The position numbers and the translations under genes were made by a program. Shown in pieces: positions 43,200 to 58,700 of a DNA stretch of 64,000 nucleotides. The stretch is from assembly GCA_964016885.1 (NCBI GenBank), contig OZ024745.1, positions 2,046,001-2,110,000 of the forward strand. The letters are read 5' to 3'. This DNA is from Eledone cirrhosa. Taxonomy: Eukaryota. Positions within the stretch are counted from its first letter, which is position 1. Every line of letters starts with the position of its first letter. A model generated the notes under the pieces. That model made no database searches and was not told the origin of the DNA. It saw only the letters and a program-made list of their open reading frames with translations.

Positions 43200-46100
43200 C
43201 CCAGTGTGTTTCTATAGAGAGACAGTGTGTAACATGTATCAAAGTCCCAGTATGTGTCTATATAGAGACAGTGTGCAACATGTATCAAAGTCCCAGTGTG
43301 TTTCTATATAGAGACAGTGTGTAAGATGTATCAAACTCCCAGTGTGTTTATATATAGAGACAGTGTGTAACATGTATCAAATTCCCAGTGTGTTTCTATA
43401 TAGAGACAGTGTGTAACATGTATTACAGTCCCAGTGTGTTTCTATATAGAGACAGAGTGTAACATGTATCAAAGTCCCAGTGGGTTTCTATATAGAGACA
43501 GTGTGTAATATGTATCACAGTCCCAGTGTGTTTCTATAAAGAGACAGTGTGTAACATGTATTACAGTCCCAGTGTGCTTCTATATAGAGACAGTGTGTAA
43601 CACGTATCACAGTCCCAGTGTGTTTCTATAAAGAGACATTGTGTAACATGTATCACAGTCCCAGTGTATTTCTATATAGAGACAGTGTGTAACATGTATC
43701 ACAGTCCCAGTGTGTTTCTATAAAGAGACAGTGTGTAACATGTATTACAGTCCCAGTGTGTTTCTATATAGAGACAGTGTGTAACATGTATCACAGTCCC
43801 AGTGTGTTTCTATAAAGAGACATTGTGTAACACGTATCACAGTCCCAGTGTGTTTCTATATAGAGACAGTGTGTAACATGTATCACAGTCCCAGTGTGTT
43901 TCTATATAGAGACAGTGTGTAACATGTGTCACAGTCCCAGGGTGTTTCTATAGAGAGACAGTGTGTAACATGTATCACAGTCCCAGTGTGTTTCTATAAA
44001 GAGACAGTGTGTAACATGTATAACAGTCCCATTGTGTTTATATAAAGAGACAGTGTGTAACATGTATCACAGTCCCAGTGTGTTTCTATATAGAGACAGT
44101 GTGTAACATGTATCACAGTCCCAGTGTGTTTCTATATAGAGACAGTGTGTAACATGTATCACAATCCCAGTGTGTTTCTATATAGAGACAGTGTGTAACA
44201 TGTATCACAGTCCCAGTGTGTTTCTATATAGAGACAGTGTGTAACATGTATTACAGTCCCAGTGTGTTTCTATATAGAGACAGTGTGTAACATGTATCAC
44301 AGTCCCAGTGTGTTTCTATATAGAGACAGTGTGTAACATGTATCAAAGTCCCAGTGTGTTTCTATATAGAGACAGTGTGTAACATGTATCAAAGTCCCAG
44401 TGTGTTTCTATATAGAGACAGTCTGTAACATGTATCACAGTCCCAGTGTGTTTCTATATAGAGAGAGTGTGTATCATGTATCACAGTCCCAGTGTGTTTC
44501 TATAAAGAGACAGTGTGTAACATGTATCAAAGTCCCAGTGTGTTTCTATAGAGAGAGAGTGTGTAACATGTATCAAAGTCCCAGTGTGTTTCTATATAGA
44601 GACAGTGTGTAACATGTATCACAGTCCCAGTGTGTTTCTATATAGAGACAATGTGTAACATGTATCACAGTCCCAGTGTGTTTCTATAAAGAGACAGTGT
44701 GTAACATGTATCAAAGTCCCAGTGTGTTTCTATATAGAGACAGTGTGTAACATGTATCAAAGTCCCAGTGTGTTTCTCTATAGAGACAGTGTGTAACATG
44801 TATCACAGTCCCAGTGTGTTTCTATATAGAGACAGTGTGTAACATGTATCAAAGTCCCAGTGTGTTTCTATATAGAGACAGTGTGTAACATGTATCAAAG
44901 TCCCAGTGTGTTTCTATATAGAGACAGTCTGTAACATGTATCACAGTCCCAGTGTGTTTCTATATAGAGAGAGTGTGTATCATGTATCACAGTCCCAGTG
45001 TGTTTCTATAAAGAGACAGTGTGTAACATGTATCAAAGTCCCAGTGTGTTTCTATAGAGAGAGAGTGTGTAACATGTATCAAAGTCCCAGTGTGTTTCTA
45101 TATAGAGACAGTGTGTAACATGTATCACAGTCCCAGTGTGTTTCTATATAGAGACAATGTGTAACATGTATCACAGTCCCAGTGTGTTTCTATAAAGAGA
45201 CAGTGTGTAACATGTATCAAAGTCCCAGTGTGTTTCTATATAGAGACAGTGTGTAACATGTATCAAAGTCCCAGTGTGTTTCTATATAGAGACAGTGTGT
45301 AACATGTATCACAGTCCCAGTGTGTTTCTATATAGAGACAGTGTGTAACATGTATCAAAGTCCCAGTGTGTTTCTATATAGAGACAGTGTGTAACATGTA
45401 TCAAAGTCCCAGTGTGTTTCTATATAGAGACACTGTGTAACATGTATCAAAGTCCCAGTGTGTTTCTATATAGAGACAGTGTGTAAGATGTATCAAACTC
45501 CCAGTGTGTTTCTATATAGAGACAGTGTGTAACATGTATCAAAGTCCCAGTGTGTTTATATATAGAGACAGTGTGTAACATGTATTACAGTCCCAGTGTG
45601 TTTCTATATAGAGACAGTGTGTAATATGTATCACAGTCCCAGTGTGTTTCTATAAAGAGACAGTGTGTAACATGTATTACAGTCCCAGTGTGTTTCTATA
45701 TAGAGACAGTGTGTAACATGTATCACAGTCCCAGTGTGTTTCTATAAAGAGACATTGTGTAACATGTATCACAGTCCCAGTGTATTTCTATATAGAGACA
45801 GTGTGTAACATGTATCACAGTCTCAGTGTGTTTCTATAAAGAGACAGTGTGTAACATGTATTACAGTCCCAGTGTGTTTCTATATAGAGACAGTGTGTAA
45901 CATGTATCACAGTCCCAGTGTGTTTCTATAAAGAGACATTGTGTAACACGTATCACAGTCCCTGTGTGTTTCTATATAGAGACAGCGTGTAACATGTATC
46001 ACAGTCCCAGTGTGTTTCTATATAGAGACAGTGTGTAATATGTGTCACAGTCCCAGTGTGTTTCTATAGAGAGACAGTGTGTAACATGTATCACAGTCCC

Positions 46101-49100
46101 AGTGTGTTTCTATAAATAGACAGTGTATAACATGTATCACAGTCCCAGTGTGTTTCTATATAGAGACAGTGTGTAACATGTATCACAGTGCCAGTGTGTT
46201 TCTATATAGAGACAGTGTGTAACATGTATCACAGTCCCAGTGTGTTTCTATAAAGAGACAGTGTGTAACATGTATTACAGTCCCAGTGTGCTTCTATATA
46301 GAGACAGTGTGTAACACGTATCACAGTCCCAGTGTGTTTCTATAAAGAGACAGTGTGTAACATGTATTACAGTCCCAGTGTGTTTCTATATAGAGACAGA
46401 GTGTAACATGTATCAAAGTCCCAGTGGGTTTCTATATAGAGACAGTGTGTAATATGTATCACAGTCCCAGTGTGTTTCTATAAAGAGACAGTGTGTAACA
46501 TGTATTACAGTCCCAGTGTGCTTCTATATAGAGACAGTGTGTAACACGTATCACAGTCCCAGTGTGTTTCTATAAAGAGACATTGTGTAACATGTATCAC
46601 AGTCCCAGTGTATTTCTATATAGAGACAGTGTGTAACATGTATCACAGTCCCAGTGTGTTTCTATAAAGAGACAGTGTGTAACATGTATTACAGTCCCAG
46701 TGTGTTTCTATATAGAGACAGTGTGTAACATGTATCACAGTCCCAGTGTGTTTCTATAAAGAGACATTGTGTAACACGTATCACAGTCCCAGTGTGTTTC
46801 TATATAGAGACAGTGTGTAACATGTATCACAGTCCCAGTGTGTTTCTATATAGAGACAGTGTGTAACATGTGTCACAGTCCCAGGGTGTTTCTATAGAGA
46901 GACAGTGTGTAACATGTATCACAGTCCCAGTGTGTTTCTATAAAGAGACAGTGTGTAACATGTATAACAGTCCCATTGTGTTTATATAAAGAGACAGTGT
47001 GTAACATGTATCACAGTCCCAGTGTGTTTCTATATAGAGACAATGTGTAACATGTATCACAGTCCCAGTGTGTTTCTATAAAGAGACAGTGTGTAACATG
47101 TATCAAAGTCCTAGTGTGTTTCTATATAGAGACAGTGTGTAACATGTATCAAAGTCCCAGTGTGTTTCTATATAGAGACAGTGTGTAACATGTATCACAG
47201 TCCCAGTGTGTTTCTATATAGAGACAGTGTGTAACATGTATCAAAGTCCCAGTGTGTTTCTATATAGAGACAGTGTGTAACATGTATCAAAGTCCCAGTG
47301 TGTTTCTATATAGAGACACTGTGTAACATGTATCAAAGTCCCAGTGTGTTTCTATATAGAGACAGTGTGTAAGATGTATCAAACTCCCAGTGTGTTTCTA
47401 TATAGAGACAGTGTGTAACATGTATCAAAGTCCCAGTGTGTTTCTATATAGAGACAGTGTGTAACATGTATTACAGTCCCAGTGTGTTTCTATATAGAGA
47501 CAGTGTGTAATATGTATCACAGTCCCAGTGTGTTTCTATAAAGAGACAGTGTGTAACATGTATTACAGTCCCAGTGTGTTTCTATATAGAGACAGTGTGT
47601 AACATGTATCACAGTCCCAGTGTGTTTCTATAAAGAGACATTGTGTAACATGTATCACAGTCCCAGTGTATTTCTATATAGAGACAGTGTGTAACATGTA
47701 TCACAGTCTCAGTGTGTTTCTATAAAGAGACAGTGTGTAACATGTATCAAAGTCCTAGTGTGTTTCTATATAGAGACAGTGTGTAACATGTATCAAAGTC
47801 CCAGTGTGTTTCTATATAGAGACAGTGTGTAACATGTATCACAGTCCCAGTGTGTTTCTATATAGAGACAGTGTGTAACATGTATCAAAGTCCCAGTGTG
47901 TTTCTATATAGAGACAGTGTGTAACATGTATCAAAGTCCCAGTGTGTTTCTATATAGAGACACTGTGTAACATGTATCAAAGTCCCAGTGTGTTTCTATA
48001 TAGAGACAGTGTGTAAGATGTATCAAACTCCCAGTGTGTTTCTATATAGAGACAGTGTGTAACATGTATCAAAGTCCCAGTGTGTTTCTATATAGAGACA
48101 GTGTGTAACATGTATTACAGTCCCAGTGTGTTTCTATATAGAGACAGTGTGTAATATGTATCACAGTCCCAGTGTGTTTCTATAAAGAGACAGTGTGTAA
48201 CATGTATTACAGTCCCAGTGTGTTTCTATATAGAGACAGTGTGTAACATGTATCACAGTCCCAGTGTGTTTCTATAAAGAGACATTGTGTAACATGTATC
48301 ACAGTCCCAGTGTATTTCTATATAGAGACAGTGTGTAACATGTATCACAGTCTCAGTGTGTTTCTATAAAGAGACAGTGTGTAACATGTATTACAGTCCC
48401 AGTGTGTTTCTATATAGAGACAGTGTGTAACATGTATCACAGTCCCAGTGTGTTTCTATAAAGAGACATTGTGTAACACGTATCACAGTCCCTGTGTGTT
48501 TCTATATAGAGACAGTGTGTAACATGTATCACAGTCCCAGTGTGTTTCTATATAGAGACAGTGTGTAATATGTGTCACAGTCCCAGTGTGTTTCTATAGA
48601 GAGACAGTGTGTAACATGTATCACAGTCCCAGTGTGTTTCTATAAATAGACAGTGTATAACATGTATCACAGTCCCAGTGTGTTTCTATATAGAGACAGT
48701 GTGTAACATGTATCACAGTGCCAGTGTGTTTCTATATAGAGACAGTGTGTAACATGTATCACAGTCCCAGTGTGTTTCTATAAAGAGACAGTGTGTAACA
48801 TGTATTACAGTCCCAGTGTGCTTCTATATAGAGACAGTGTGTAACACGTATCACAGTCCCAGTGTGTTTCTATAAAGAGACAGTGTGTAACATGTATTAC
48901 AGTCCCAGTGTGTTTCTATATAGAGACAGAGTGTAACATGTATCAAAGTCCCAGTGGGTTTCTATATAGAGACAGTGTGTAATATGTATCACAGTCCCAG
49001 TGTGTTTCTATAAAGAGACAGTGTGTAACATGTATTACAGTCCCAGTGTGCTTCTATATAGAGACAGTGTGTAACATGTATCAAAGTCCCAGTGTGTTTC

Positions 49101-52100
49101 TATAGAGAGAGAGTGTGTAACATGTATCAAAGTCCCAGTGTGTTTCTATATAGAGACAGTGTGTAACATGTATCACAGTCCCAGTGTGTTTCTATATAGA
49201 GACAATGTGTAACATGTATCACAGTCCCAGTGTGTTTCTATAAAGAGACAGTGTGTAACATGTATCAAAGTCCCAGTGTGTTTCTATATAGAGACAGTGT
49301 GTAACATGTATCAAAGTCCCAGTGTGTTTCTCTATAGAGACAGTGTGTAACATGTATCACAGTCCCAGTGTGTTTCTATATAGAGACAGTGTGTAACATG
49401 TATCAAAGTCCCAGTGTGTTTCTATATAGAGACAGTGTGTAACATGTATCAAAGTCCCAGTGTGTTTCTATATAGAGACAGTCTGTAACATGTATCACAG
49501 TCCCAGTGTGTTTCTATATAGAGAGAGTGTGTATCATGTATCACAGTCCCAGTGTGTTTCTATAAAGAGACAGTGTGTAACATGTATCAAAGTCCCAGTG
49601 TGTTTCTATAGAGAGAGAGTGTGTAACATGTATCAAAGTCCCAGTGTGTTTCTATATAGAGACAGTGTGTAACATGTATCACAGTCCCAGTGTGTTTCTA
49701 TATAGAGACAATGTGTAACATGTATCACAGTCCCAGTGTGTTTCTATAAAGAGACAGTGTGTAACATGTATCAAAGTCCCAGTGTGTTTCTATATAGAGA
49801 CAGTGTGTAACATGTATCAAAGTCCCAGTGTGTTTCTATATAGAGACAGTGTGTAACATGTATCACAGTCCCAGTGTGTTTCTATATAGAGACAGTGTGT
49901 AACATGTATCAAAGTCCCAGTGTGTTTCTATATAGAGACAGTGTGTAACATGTATCAAAGTCCCAGTGTGTTTCTATATAGAGACACTGTGTAACATGTA
50001 TCAAAGTCCCAGTGTGTTTCTATATAGAGACAGTGTGTAAGATGTATCAAACTCCCAGTGTGTTTCTATATAGAGACAGTGTGTAACATGTATCAAAGTC
50101 CCAGTGTGTTTATATATAGAGACAGTGTGTAACATGTATTACAGTCCCAGTGTGTTTCTATATAGAGACAGTGTGTAATATGTATCACAGTCCCAGTGTG
50201 TTTCTATAAAGAGACAGTGTGTAACATGTATTACAGTCCCAGTGTGTTTCTATATAGAGACAGTGTGTAACATGTATCACAGTCCCAGTGTGTTTCTATA
50301 AAGAGACATTGTGTAACATGTATCACAGTCCCAGTGTATTTCTATATAGAGACAGTGTGTAACATGTATCACAGTCTCAGTGTGTTTCTATAAAGAGACA
50401 GTGTGTAACATGTATTACAGTCCCAGTGTGTTTCTATATAGAGACAGTGTGTAACATGTATCACAGTCCCAGTGTGTTTCTATAAAGAGACATTGTGTAA
50501 CACGTATCACAGTCCCTGTGTGTTTCTATATAGAGACAGCGTGTAACATGTATCACAGTCCCAGTGTGTTTCTATATAGAGACAGTGTGTAATATGTGTC
50601 ACAGTCCCAGTGTGTTTCTATAGAGAGACAGTGTGTAACATGTATCACAGTCCCAGTGTGTTTCTATAAATAGACAGTGTATAACATGTATCACAGTCCC
50701 AGTGTGTTTCTATATAGAGACAGTGTGTAACATGTATCACAGTGCCAGTGTGTTTCTATATAGAGACAGTGTGTAACATGTATCACAGTCCCAGTGTGTT
50801 TCTATAAAGAGACAGTGTGTAACATGTATTACAGTCCCAGTGTGCTTCTATATAGAGACAGTGTGTAACACGTATCACAGTCCCAGTGTGTTTCTATAAA
50901 GAGACAGTGTGTAACATGTATTACAGTCCCAGTGTGTTTCTATATAGAGACAGAGTGTAACATGTATCAAAGTCCCAGTGGGTTTCTATATAGAGACAGT
51001 GTGTAATATGTATCACAGTCCCAGTGTGTTTCTATAAAGAGACAGTGTGTAACATGTATTACAGTCCCAGTGTGCTTCTATATAGAGACAGTGTGTAACA
51101 CGTATCACAGTCCCAGTGTGTTTCTATAAAGAGACATTGTGTAACATGTATCACAGTCCCAGTGTATTTCTATATAGAGACAGTGTGTAACATGTATCAC
51201 AGTCCCAGTGTGTTTCTATAAAGAGACAGTGTGTAACATGTATTACAGTCCCAGTGTGTTTCTATATAGAGACAGTGTGTAACATGTATCACAGTCCCAG
51301 TGTGTTTCTATAAAGAGACATTGTGTAACACGTATCACAGTCCCAGTGTGTTTCTATATAGAGACAGTGTGTAACATGTATCACAGTCCCAGTGTGTTTC
51401 TATATAGAGACAGTGTGTAACATGTGTCACAGTCCCAGGGTGTTTCTATAGAGAGACAGTGTGTAACATGTATCACAGTCCCAGTGTGTTTCTATAAAGA
51501 GACAGTGTGTAACATGTATAACAGTCCCATTGTGTTTATATAAAGAGACAGTGTGTAACATGTATCACAGTCCCAGTGTGTTTCTATATAGAGACAATGT
51601 GTAACATGTATCACAGTCCCAGTGTGTTTCTATAAAGAGACAGTGTGTAACATGTATCAAAGTCCTAGTGTGTTTCTATATAGAGACAGTGTGTAACATG
51701 TATCAAAGTCCCAGTGTGTTTCTATATAGAGACAGTGTGTAACATGTATCACAGTCCCAGTGTGTTTCTATATAGAGACAGTGTGTAACATGTATCAAAG
51801 TCCCAGTGTGTTTCTATATAGAGACAGTGTGTAACATGTATCAAAGTCCCAGTGTGTTTCTATATAGAGACACTGTGTAACATGTATCAAAGTCCCAGTG
51901 TGTTTCTATATAGAGACAGTGTGTAAGATGTATCAAACTCCCAGTGTGTTTCTATATAGAGACAGTGTGTAACATGTATCAAAGTCCCAGTGTGTTTCTA
52001 TATAGAGACAGTGTGTAACATGTATTACAGTCCCAGTGTGTTTCTATATAGAGACAGTGTGTAATATGTATCACAGTCCCAGTGTGTTTCTATAAAGAGA

Positions 52101-55100
52101 CAGTGTGTAACATGTATTACAGTCCCAGTGTGTTTCTATATAGAGACAGTGTGTAACATGTATCACAGTCCCAGTGTGTTTCTATAAAGAGACATTGTGT
52201 AACATGTATCACAGTCCCAGTGTATTTCTATATAGAGACAGTGTGTAACATGTATCACAGTCTCAGTGTGTTTCTATAAAGAGACAGTGTGTAACATGTA
52301 TCAAAGTCCTAGTGTGTTTCTATATAGAGACAGTGTGTAACATGTATCAAAGTCCCAGTGTGTTTCTATATAGAGACAGTGTGTAACATGTATCACAGTC
52401 CCAGTGTGTTTCTATATAGAGACAGTGTGTAACATGTATCAAAGTCCCAGTGTGTTTCTATATAGAGACAGTGTGTAACATGTATCAAAGTCCCAGTGTG
52501 TTTCTATATAGAGACACTGTGTAACATGTATCAAAGTCCCAGTGTGTTTCTATATAGAGACAGTGTGTAAGATGTATCAAACTCCCAGTGTGTTTCTATA
52601 TAGAGACAGTGTGTAACATGTATCAAAGTCCCAGTGTGTTTCTATATAGAGACAGTGTGTAACATGTATTACAGTCCCAGTGTGTTTCTATATAGAGACA
52701 GTGTGTAATATGTATCACAGTCCCAGTGTGTTTCTATAAAGAGACAGTGTGTAACATGTATTACAGTCCCAGTGTGTTTCTATATAGAGACAGTGTGTAA
52801 CATGTATCACAGTCCCAGTGTGTTTCTATAAAGAGACATTGTGTAACATGTATCACAGTCCCAGTGTATTTCTATATAGAGACAGTGTGTAACATGTATC
52901 ACAGTCTCAGTGTGTTTCTATAAAGAGACAGTGTGTAACATGTATTACAGTCCCAGTGTGTTTCTATATAGAGACAGTGTGTAACATGTATCACAGTCCC
53001 AGTGTGTTTCTATAAAGAGACATTGTGTAACACGTATCACAGTCCCTGTGTGTTTCTATATAGAGACAGTGTGTAACATGTATCACAGTCCCAGTGTGTT
53101 TCTATATAGAGACAGTGTGTAATATGTGTCACAGTCCCAGTGTGTTTCTATAGAGAGACAGTGTGTAACATGTATCACAGTCCCAGTGTGTTTCTATAAA
53201 TAGACAGTGTATAACATGTATCACAGTCCCAGTGTGTTTCTATATAGAGACAGTGTGTAACATGTATCACAGTGCCAGTGTGTTTCTATATAGAGACAGT
53301 GTGTAACATGTATCACAGTCCCAGTGTGTTTCTATAAAGAGACAGTGTGTAACATGTATTACAGTCCCAGTGTGCTTCTATATAGAGACAGTGTGTAACA
53401 CGTATCACAGTCCCAGTGTGTTTCTATAAAGAGACAGTGTGTAACATGTATTACAGTCCCAGTGTGTTTCTATATAGAGACAGAGTGTAACATGTATCAA
53501 AGTCCCAGTGGGTTTCTATATAGAGACAGTGTGTAATATGTATCACAGTCCCAGTGTGTTTCTATAAAGAGACAGTGTGTAACATGTATTACAGTCCCAG
53601 TGTGCTTCTATATAGAGACAGTGTGTAACACGTATCACAGTCCCAGTGTGTTTCTATAAAGAGACATTGTGTAACATGTATCACAGTCCCAGTGTATTTC
53701 TATATAGAGACAGTGTGTAACATGTATCACAGTCCCAGTGTGTTTCTATAAAGAGACAGTGTGTAACATGTATTACAGTCCCAGTGTGTTTCTATATAGA
53801 GACAGTGTGTAACATGTATCACAGTCCCAGTGTGTTTCTATAAAGAGACATTGTGTAACACGTATCACAGTCCCAGTGTGTTTCTATATAGAGACAGTGT
53901 GTAACATGTATCACAGTCCCAGTGTGTTTCTATATAGAGACAGTGTGTAACATGTGTCACAGTCCCAGGGTGTTTCTATAGAGAGACAGTGTGTAACATG
54001 TATCACAGTCCCAGTGTGTTTCTATAAAGAGACAGTGTGTAACATGTATAACAGTCCCATTGTGTTTATATAAAGAGACAGTGTGTAACATGTATCACAG
54101 TCCCAGTGTGTTTCTATATAGAGACAGTGTGTAACATGTATCACAGTCCCAGTGTGTTTCTATATAGAGACAGTGTATAACATGTATCACAGTCCCAGTG
54201 TGTTTCTATATAGAGACAGTGTGTAACATGTATCACAGTCCCAGTGTGTTTCTATATAGAGACAGTGTGTAACATGTATCACAGTCCCAGTGTGTTTCTA
54301 TATAGAGACAGTGTGTAACATGTATCAAAGTCCCAGTGTGTTTCTATATAGAGACAGTCTGTAACATGTATCACAGTCCCAGTGTGTTTCTATATAGAGA
54401 GAGTGTGTATCATGTATCACAGTCCCAGAGTGTTTCTATAAAGAGACAGTGTGTAACATGTATCAAAGTCCCAGTGTGTTTCTATAGAGAGAGAGTGTGT
54501 AACATGTATCAAAGTCCCAGTGTGTTTCTATATAGAGACAGTGTGTAACATGTATCACAGTCCCAGTGTGTTTCTATATAGAGACAATGTGTAACATGTA
54601 TCACAGTCCCAGTGTGTTTCTATAAAGAGACAGTGTGTAACATGTATCAAAGTCCTAGTGTGTTTCTATATAGAGACAGTGTGTAACATGTATCAAAGTC
54701 CCAGTGTGTTTCTATATAGAGACAGTGTGTAACATGTATCACAGTCCCAGTGTGTGTCTATATAGAGACAGTGTGTAACATGTATCAAAGTCCCAGTGTG
54801 TTTCTATATAGAGACAGTGTGTAACATGTATCAAAGTCCCAGTGTGTTTCTATATAGAGACACTGTGTAACATGTATCAAAGTCCCAGTGTGTTTCTATA
54901 TAGAGACAGTGTGTAAGATGTATCAAACTCCCAGTGTGTTTCTATATAGAGACAGTGTGTAACATGTATCAAAGTCCCAGTGTGTTTCTATATAGAGACA
55001 GTGTGTAACATGTATTACAGTCCCAGTGTGTTTCTATATAGAGACAGTGTGTAATATGTATCACAGTCCCAGTGTGTTTCTATAAAGAGACAGTGTGTAA

Positions 55101-55700
55101 CATGTATTACAGTCCCAGTGTGTTTCTATATAGAGACAGTGTGTAACATGTATCACAGTCCCAGTGTGTTTCTATAAAGAGACATTGTGTAACATGTATC
55201 ACAGTCCCAGTGTATTTCTATATAGAGACAGTGTGTAACATGTATCACAGTCCCAGTGTGTTTCTATAAAGAGACAGTGTGTAACATGTATTACAGTCCC
55301 AGTGTCTTTCTATATAGAGACAGTGTGTAACATGTATCACAGTCCCAGTGTGTTTCTATAAAGAGACATTGTGTAACACGTATCACAGTCCCTGTGTGTT
55401 TCTATATAGAGACAGTGTGTAACATGTATCACAGTCCCAGTGTGTTTCTATATAGAGACAGTGTGTAATATGTGTCACAGTCCCAGTGTGTTTCTATAGA
55501 GAGACAGTGTGTAACATGTATCACAGTCCCAGTGTGTTTCTATAAATAGACAGTGTATAACATGTATCACAGTCCCAGTGTGTTTCTATATAGAGACAGT
55601 GTGTAACATGTATCACAGTGCCAGTGTGTTTCTATATAGAGACAGTGTGTAACATGTATCACAGTCCCAGTGTGTTTCTATAAAGAGACAGTGTGTAACA
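43200..55700. repeat. Higher-order repeat domain 4: 4554-bp (99-mer) tandem duplication with nested 11-mer and 14-mer duplications
   Basis: GACAGCGTGT at 45981/50535 and ORFs at 44906/49460 give 4554 = 99x46. ORFs at 44400/44906 give 506 = 11x46. The GTC-CTAG variant at 47111/47755 gives 644 = 14x46. The marker AAGATGTATCAAACTCCC recurs eight times between about 43320 and 54930. Confidence 0.88.
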
Positions 55701-58700
55701 TGTATCACAGTCCCAGTGTGTTTTCATAAAGAGGCAGTGTGTAACATGTATCACAGTCCCAGTGTGTTTCTATAAAGGCACAGTGTGTAACATGTAATAC
55801 AGGCCCAGTGTGTTTCTATATAGAGACAGTGTGTAACATGTATCACAGTCCCAGTGTGTTTCTATAAAGAGACAGTGTGTAACATGTATCACAGTCCCAG
55901 TGTGTTTCTATAAAGAGACATTGTGTAACATGTACTACAGGCCCAGTGTGTTTCTATATAGAGACAGTGTGTAACATGTATCACAGTTCCATTGTGTTTC
56001 TATAAAGAGACAGTGTGTAACATGTACTACAGGCCCAGTGTGTTTCTATATAGAGACAGTGTGTAACATGTATTACAGTCCCAGTGTTTTTCTATATAGA
56101 GACAGTGTGTAACATGTATCACAGTCCCAGTGTGTTTCTATAAAGAGACATTGTGTAACATGTATCACAGTCCCAGTGTGTTTCTATATAGAGACAGTGT
56201 GTAACATGTATCACAGTCCCAGTGTGTTTCTATATAGAGACAGTGTGTAACGTGTGTCACAGTCCCAGTGTGTTTCTATAGAGAGACAGTGTGTAACATG
56301 TATCACAGTCCCAGTATGTTCCTATAAAGAGACAGTGTGTAACATGTACTACAGTGCCAGTGTGTTTCTATAAAGAGACAGTGTGTAACATGTATCACAG
56401 TCCCTGTGTAATTCTATAAAGAGACAGTGTGTACCATGTACTACAGGCCCAGTGTATTTCTATATAGAGACAGTGTGTAACATGTAACACAGTCCCAGTG
56501 TGTTTCTATAAAGAGACAGTGTGTAACGTGTATCACAGTCCCAGTGTGTTTCTATAAAGAGACAGTGTGTAACATGTATCACGGTCCCAGTGTGTTTCTA
56601 TAAAGAGACAGTGTGTAACATGTATCACAGTCCCAGTGTGTTTCTATAAAGAGACAGTGTGTAATATGTACTACAGGCCCAGTGTGTTTCTATATAGAGA
56701 CAGTGTGTAACATGTATCACAGTCCCAGTGTGTTTCTATAAAGAGACAGTGTGTAACATGTATCACAGTCCCAGTGTGTTTCTATAAAGAGACAGTGTGT
56801 AAGATGTACTACAGGCCCAGTGTGTTTCTATATAGAGACAGTGTGTAACATGTATCACAGTCCCAGTGTGTTTCTATAAAGAGACAGTGTGTAACATGTA
56901 CTACAGGCCCAGTGTGTTTCTATATAGAGACAGTGTGTAACATGTATCACAGTACCAGTGTGTTTCTATAAAGAGACAGTGTGTAACATGTATCACAGTC
57001 CCAGTGTGTTTCTATATAGAGACAGTGTGTAACATGTATTACAGTCCCAGTGTGTTTATATATAGAGACAGTGTGTAACATGTATCACAGTCACAGTGTG
57101 TTTCTATAAAGAGACAGTGTGTAACATGTATCAGAGTCCCAGTGTGTTTCTATAAAGAGACAGTGTGTAACATGTATCAAAGTATCAGTGTGTTTCTATA
57201 AAGAGACAGTGTATAACATGTATCAAAGTCCCAGTGTGTTTCTATAAAGAGACAGTGTGTAACATGTGTCACAGTCCCAGTGTGTTTCTATATAGAGACA
57301 GTGTGTAACATGTATCACAGTCCAGTGTGTTTCTATAAAGAGACAGTGTGTAACATGTGTCACAGTCCCAGTGTGTTTCTATAAAAGACAGTGTGTAACA
57401 TGTATCACAGTCCCAGTGTGTCTCTATAAAGAGACAGTGTGTAACATGTATCACAGTCCCAGTGTGTTTCTATAAAGGGACAGTGTGTAACATGTATCAC
57501 AGTCCCAGTGTGTTTCTATATAGAGACAGTGTGTAACATGTATCACAGTCCCAGTGTGTTTCTATATAGAGACAGTGTGTAACATGTATCACAGTCCCAG
57601 TGTGTTTCTATATAGAGATAGTGTGTAACATGTATCACAGTCCCAGTGTGTTTCTATATAGAGACAGTGTGTAACATGTATCACAGTCCCAGTGTGTTTC
57701 TATATAGAGACAGTGTGTAACATGTATCACAGTCCCAGTGTATTCTATAAAGAGACAGTGTGTAACATGTACCACAGTCCCAGTGTGTTTCTATATAGAG
57801 ACAGTGTGTAACATGTATCACAGTCCCAGTGTATTTCTATAAAGAGACAGTGTGTAACATGTCTCACGGTTCCAGTGTGTTTCTATATAGAGACAGTGTG
57901 TAACATGTATCACAGTCCCAGTGTGTTTCTATATAGAGACAGTGTGTAACATGTATCACAGTCCCAGTCTATTTCTATAAAGAGACCATGTGTAACATGT
58001 ATCACAGTTCCAGTGTGTTTCTATATAGAGGCAGTGTGTAACATGTATCACAGTCCCAGTGTGTTTCTATATAGAGACAGTGTGTAATATGTATCACAGT
58101 CCCAGTGTGTTTCTATATAGAGACAGTGTGTAACATGTACTACAGTCCCAGTGTGTTTCTATATAGAGACAGTGTGTAACATGTATCACAGTCCCAGTGT
58201 GTTTCTATAAAGAGACAGTGTGTAACATGTATCACAGTCCCAGTGTGTTTCTATATAGAGACAGTGTGTAATATGTATCACAGTCCCAGTGTGTTTCTAT
58301 ATAGAGACAGTGTGTAACATGTACTACAGTCCCAGTGTGTTTCTATATAGAGACAGTGTGTAACATGTATCACAGTCCCAGTGTGTTTCTATAAAGAGAC
58401 AGTGTGTAACATGTATCACAGTCCCAGTGTGTTTCTATATAGAGACAGTGTGTAACATGTATAACAGTCCCAGTGTGTTTCTATATAGAGACAGTGTGTA
58501 ACATGTACTACAGTCCCAGTGTGTTTCTATATAGAGACAGTGTGAAACATGTATCACAGTCCCAGTGTGTTTCTATATAGAGACAGTGTGTAACATGTAT
58601 AACAGTCCCAGTGTATTTCTATAAAGAGACAGTGTGTAACATGTACTACAGTCCCAGTGTGTTTCTATATAGAGACAGTGTGTAACATGTATCACATTCC

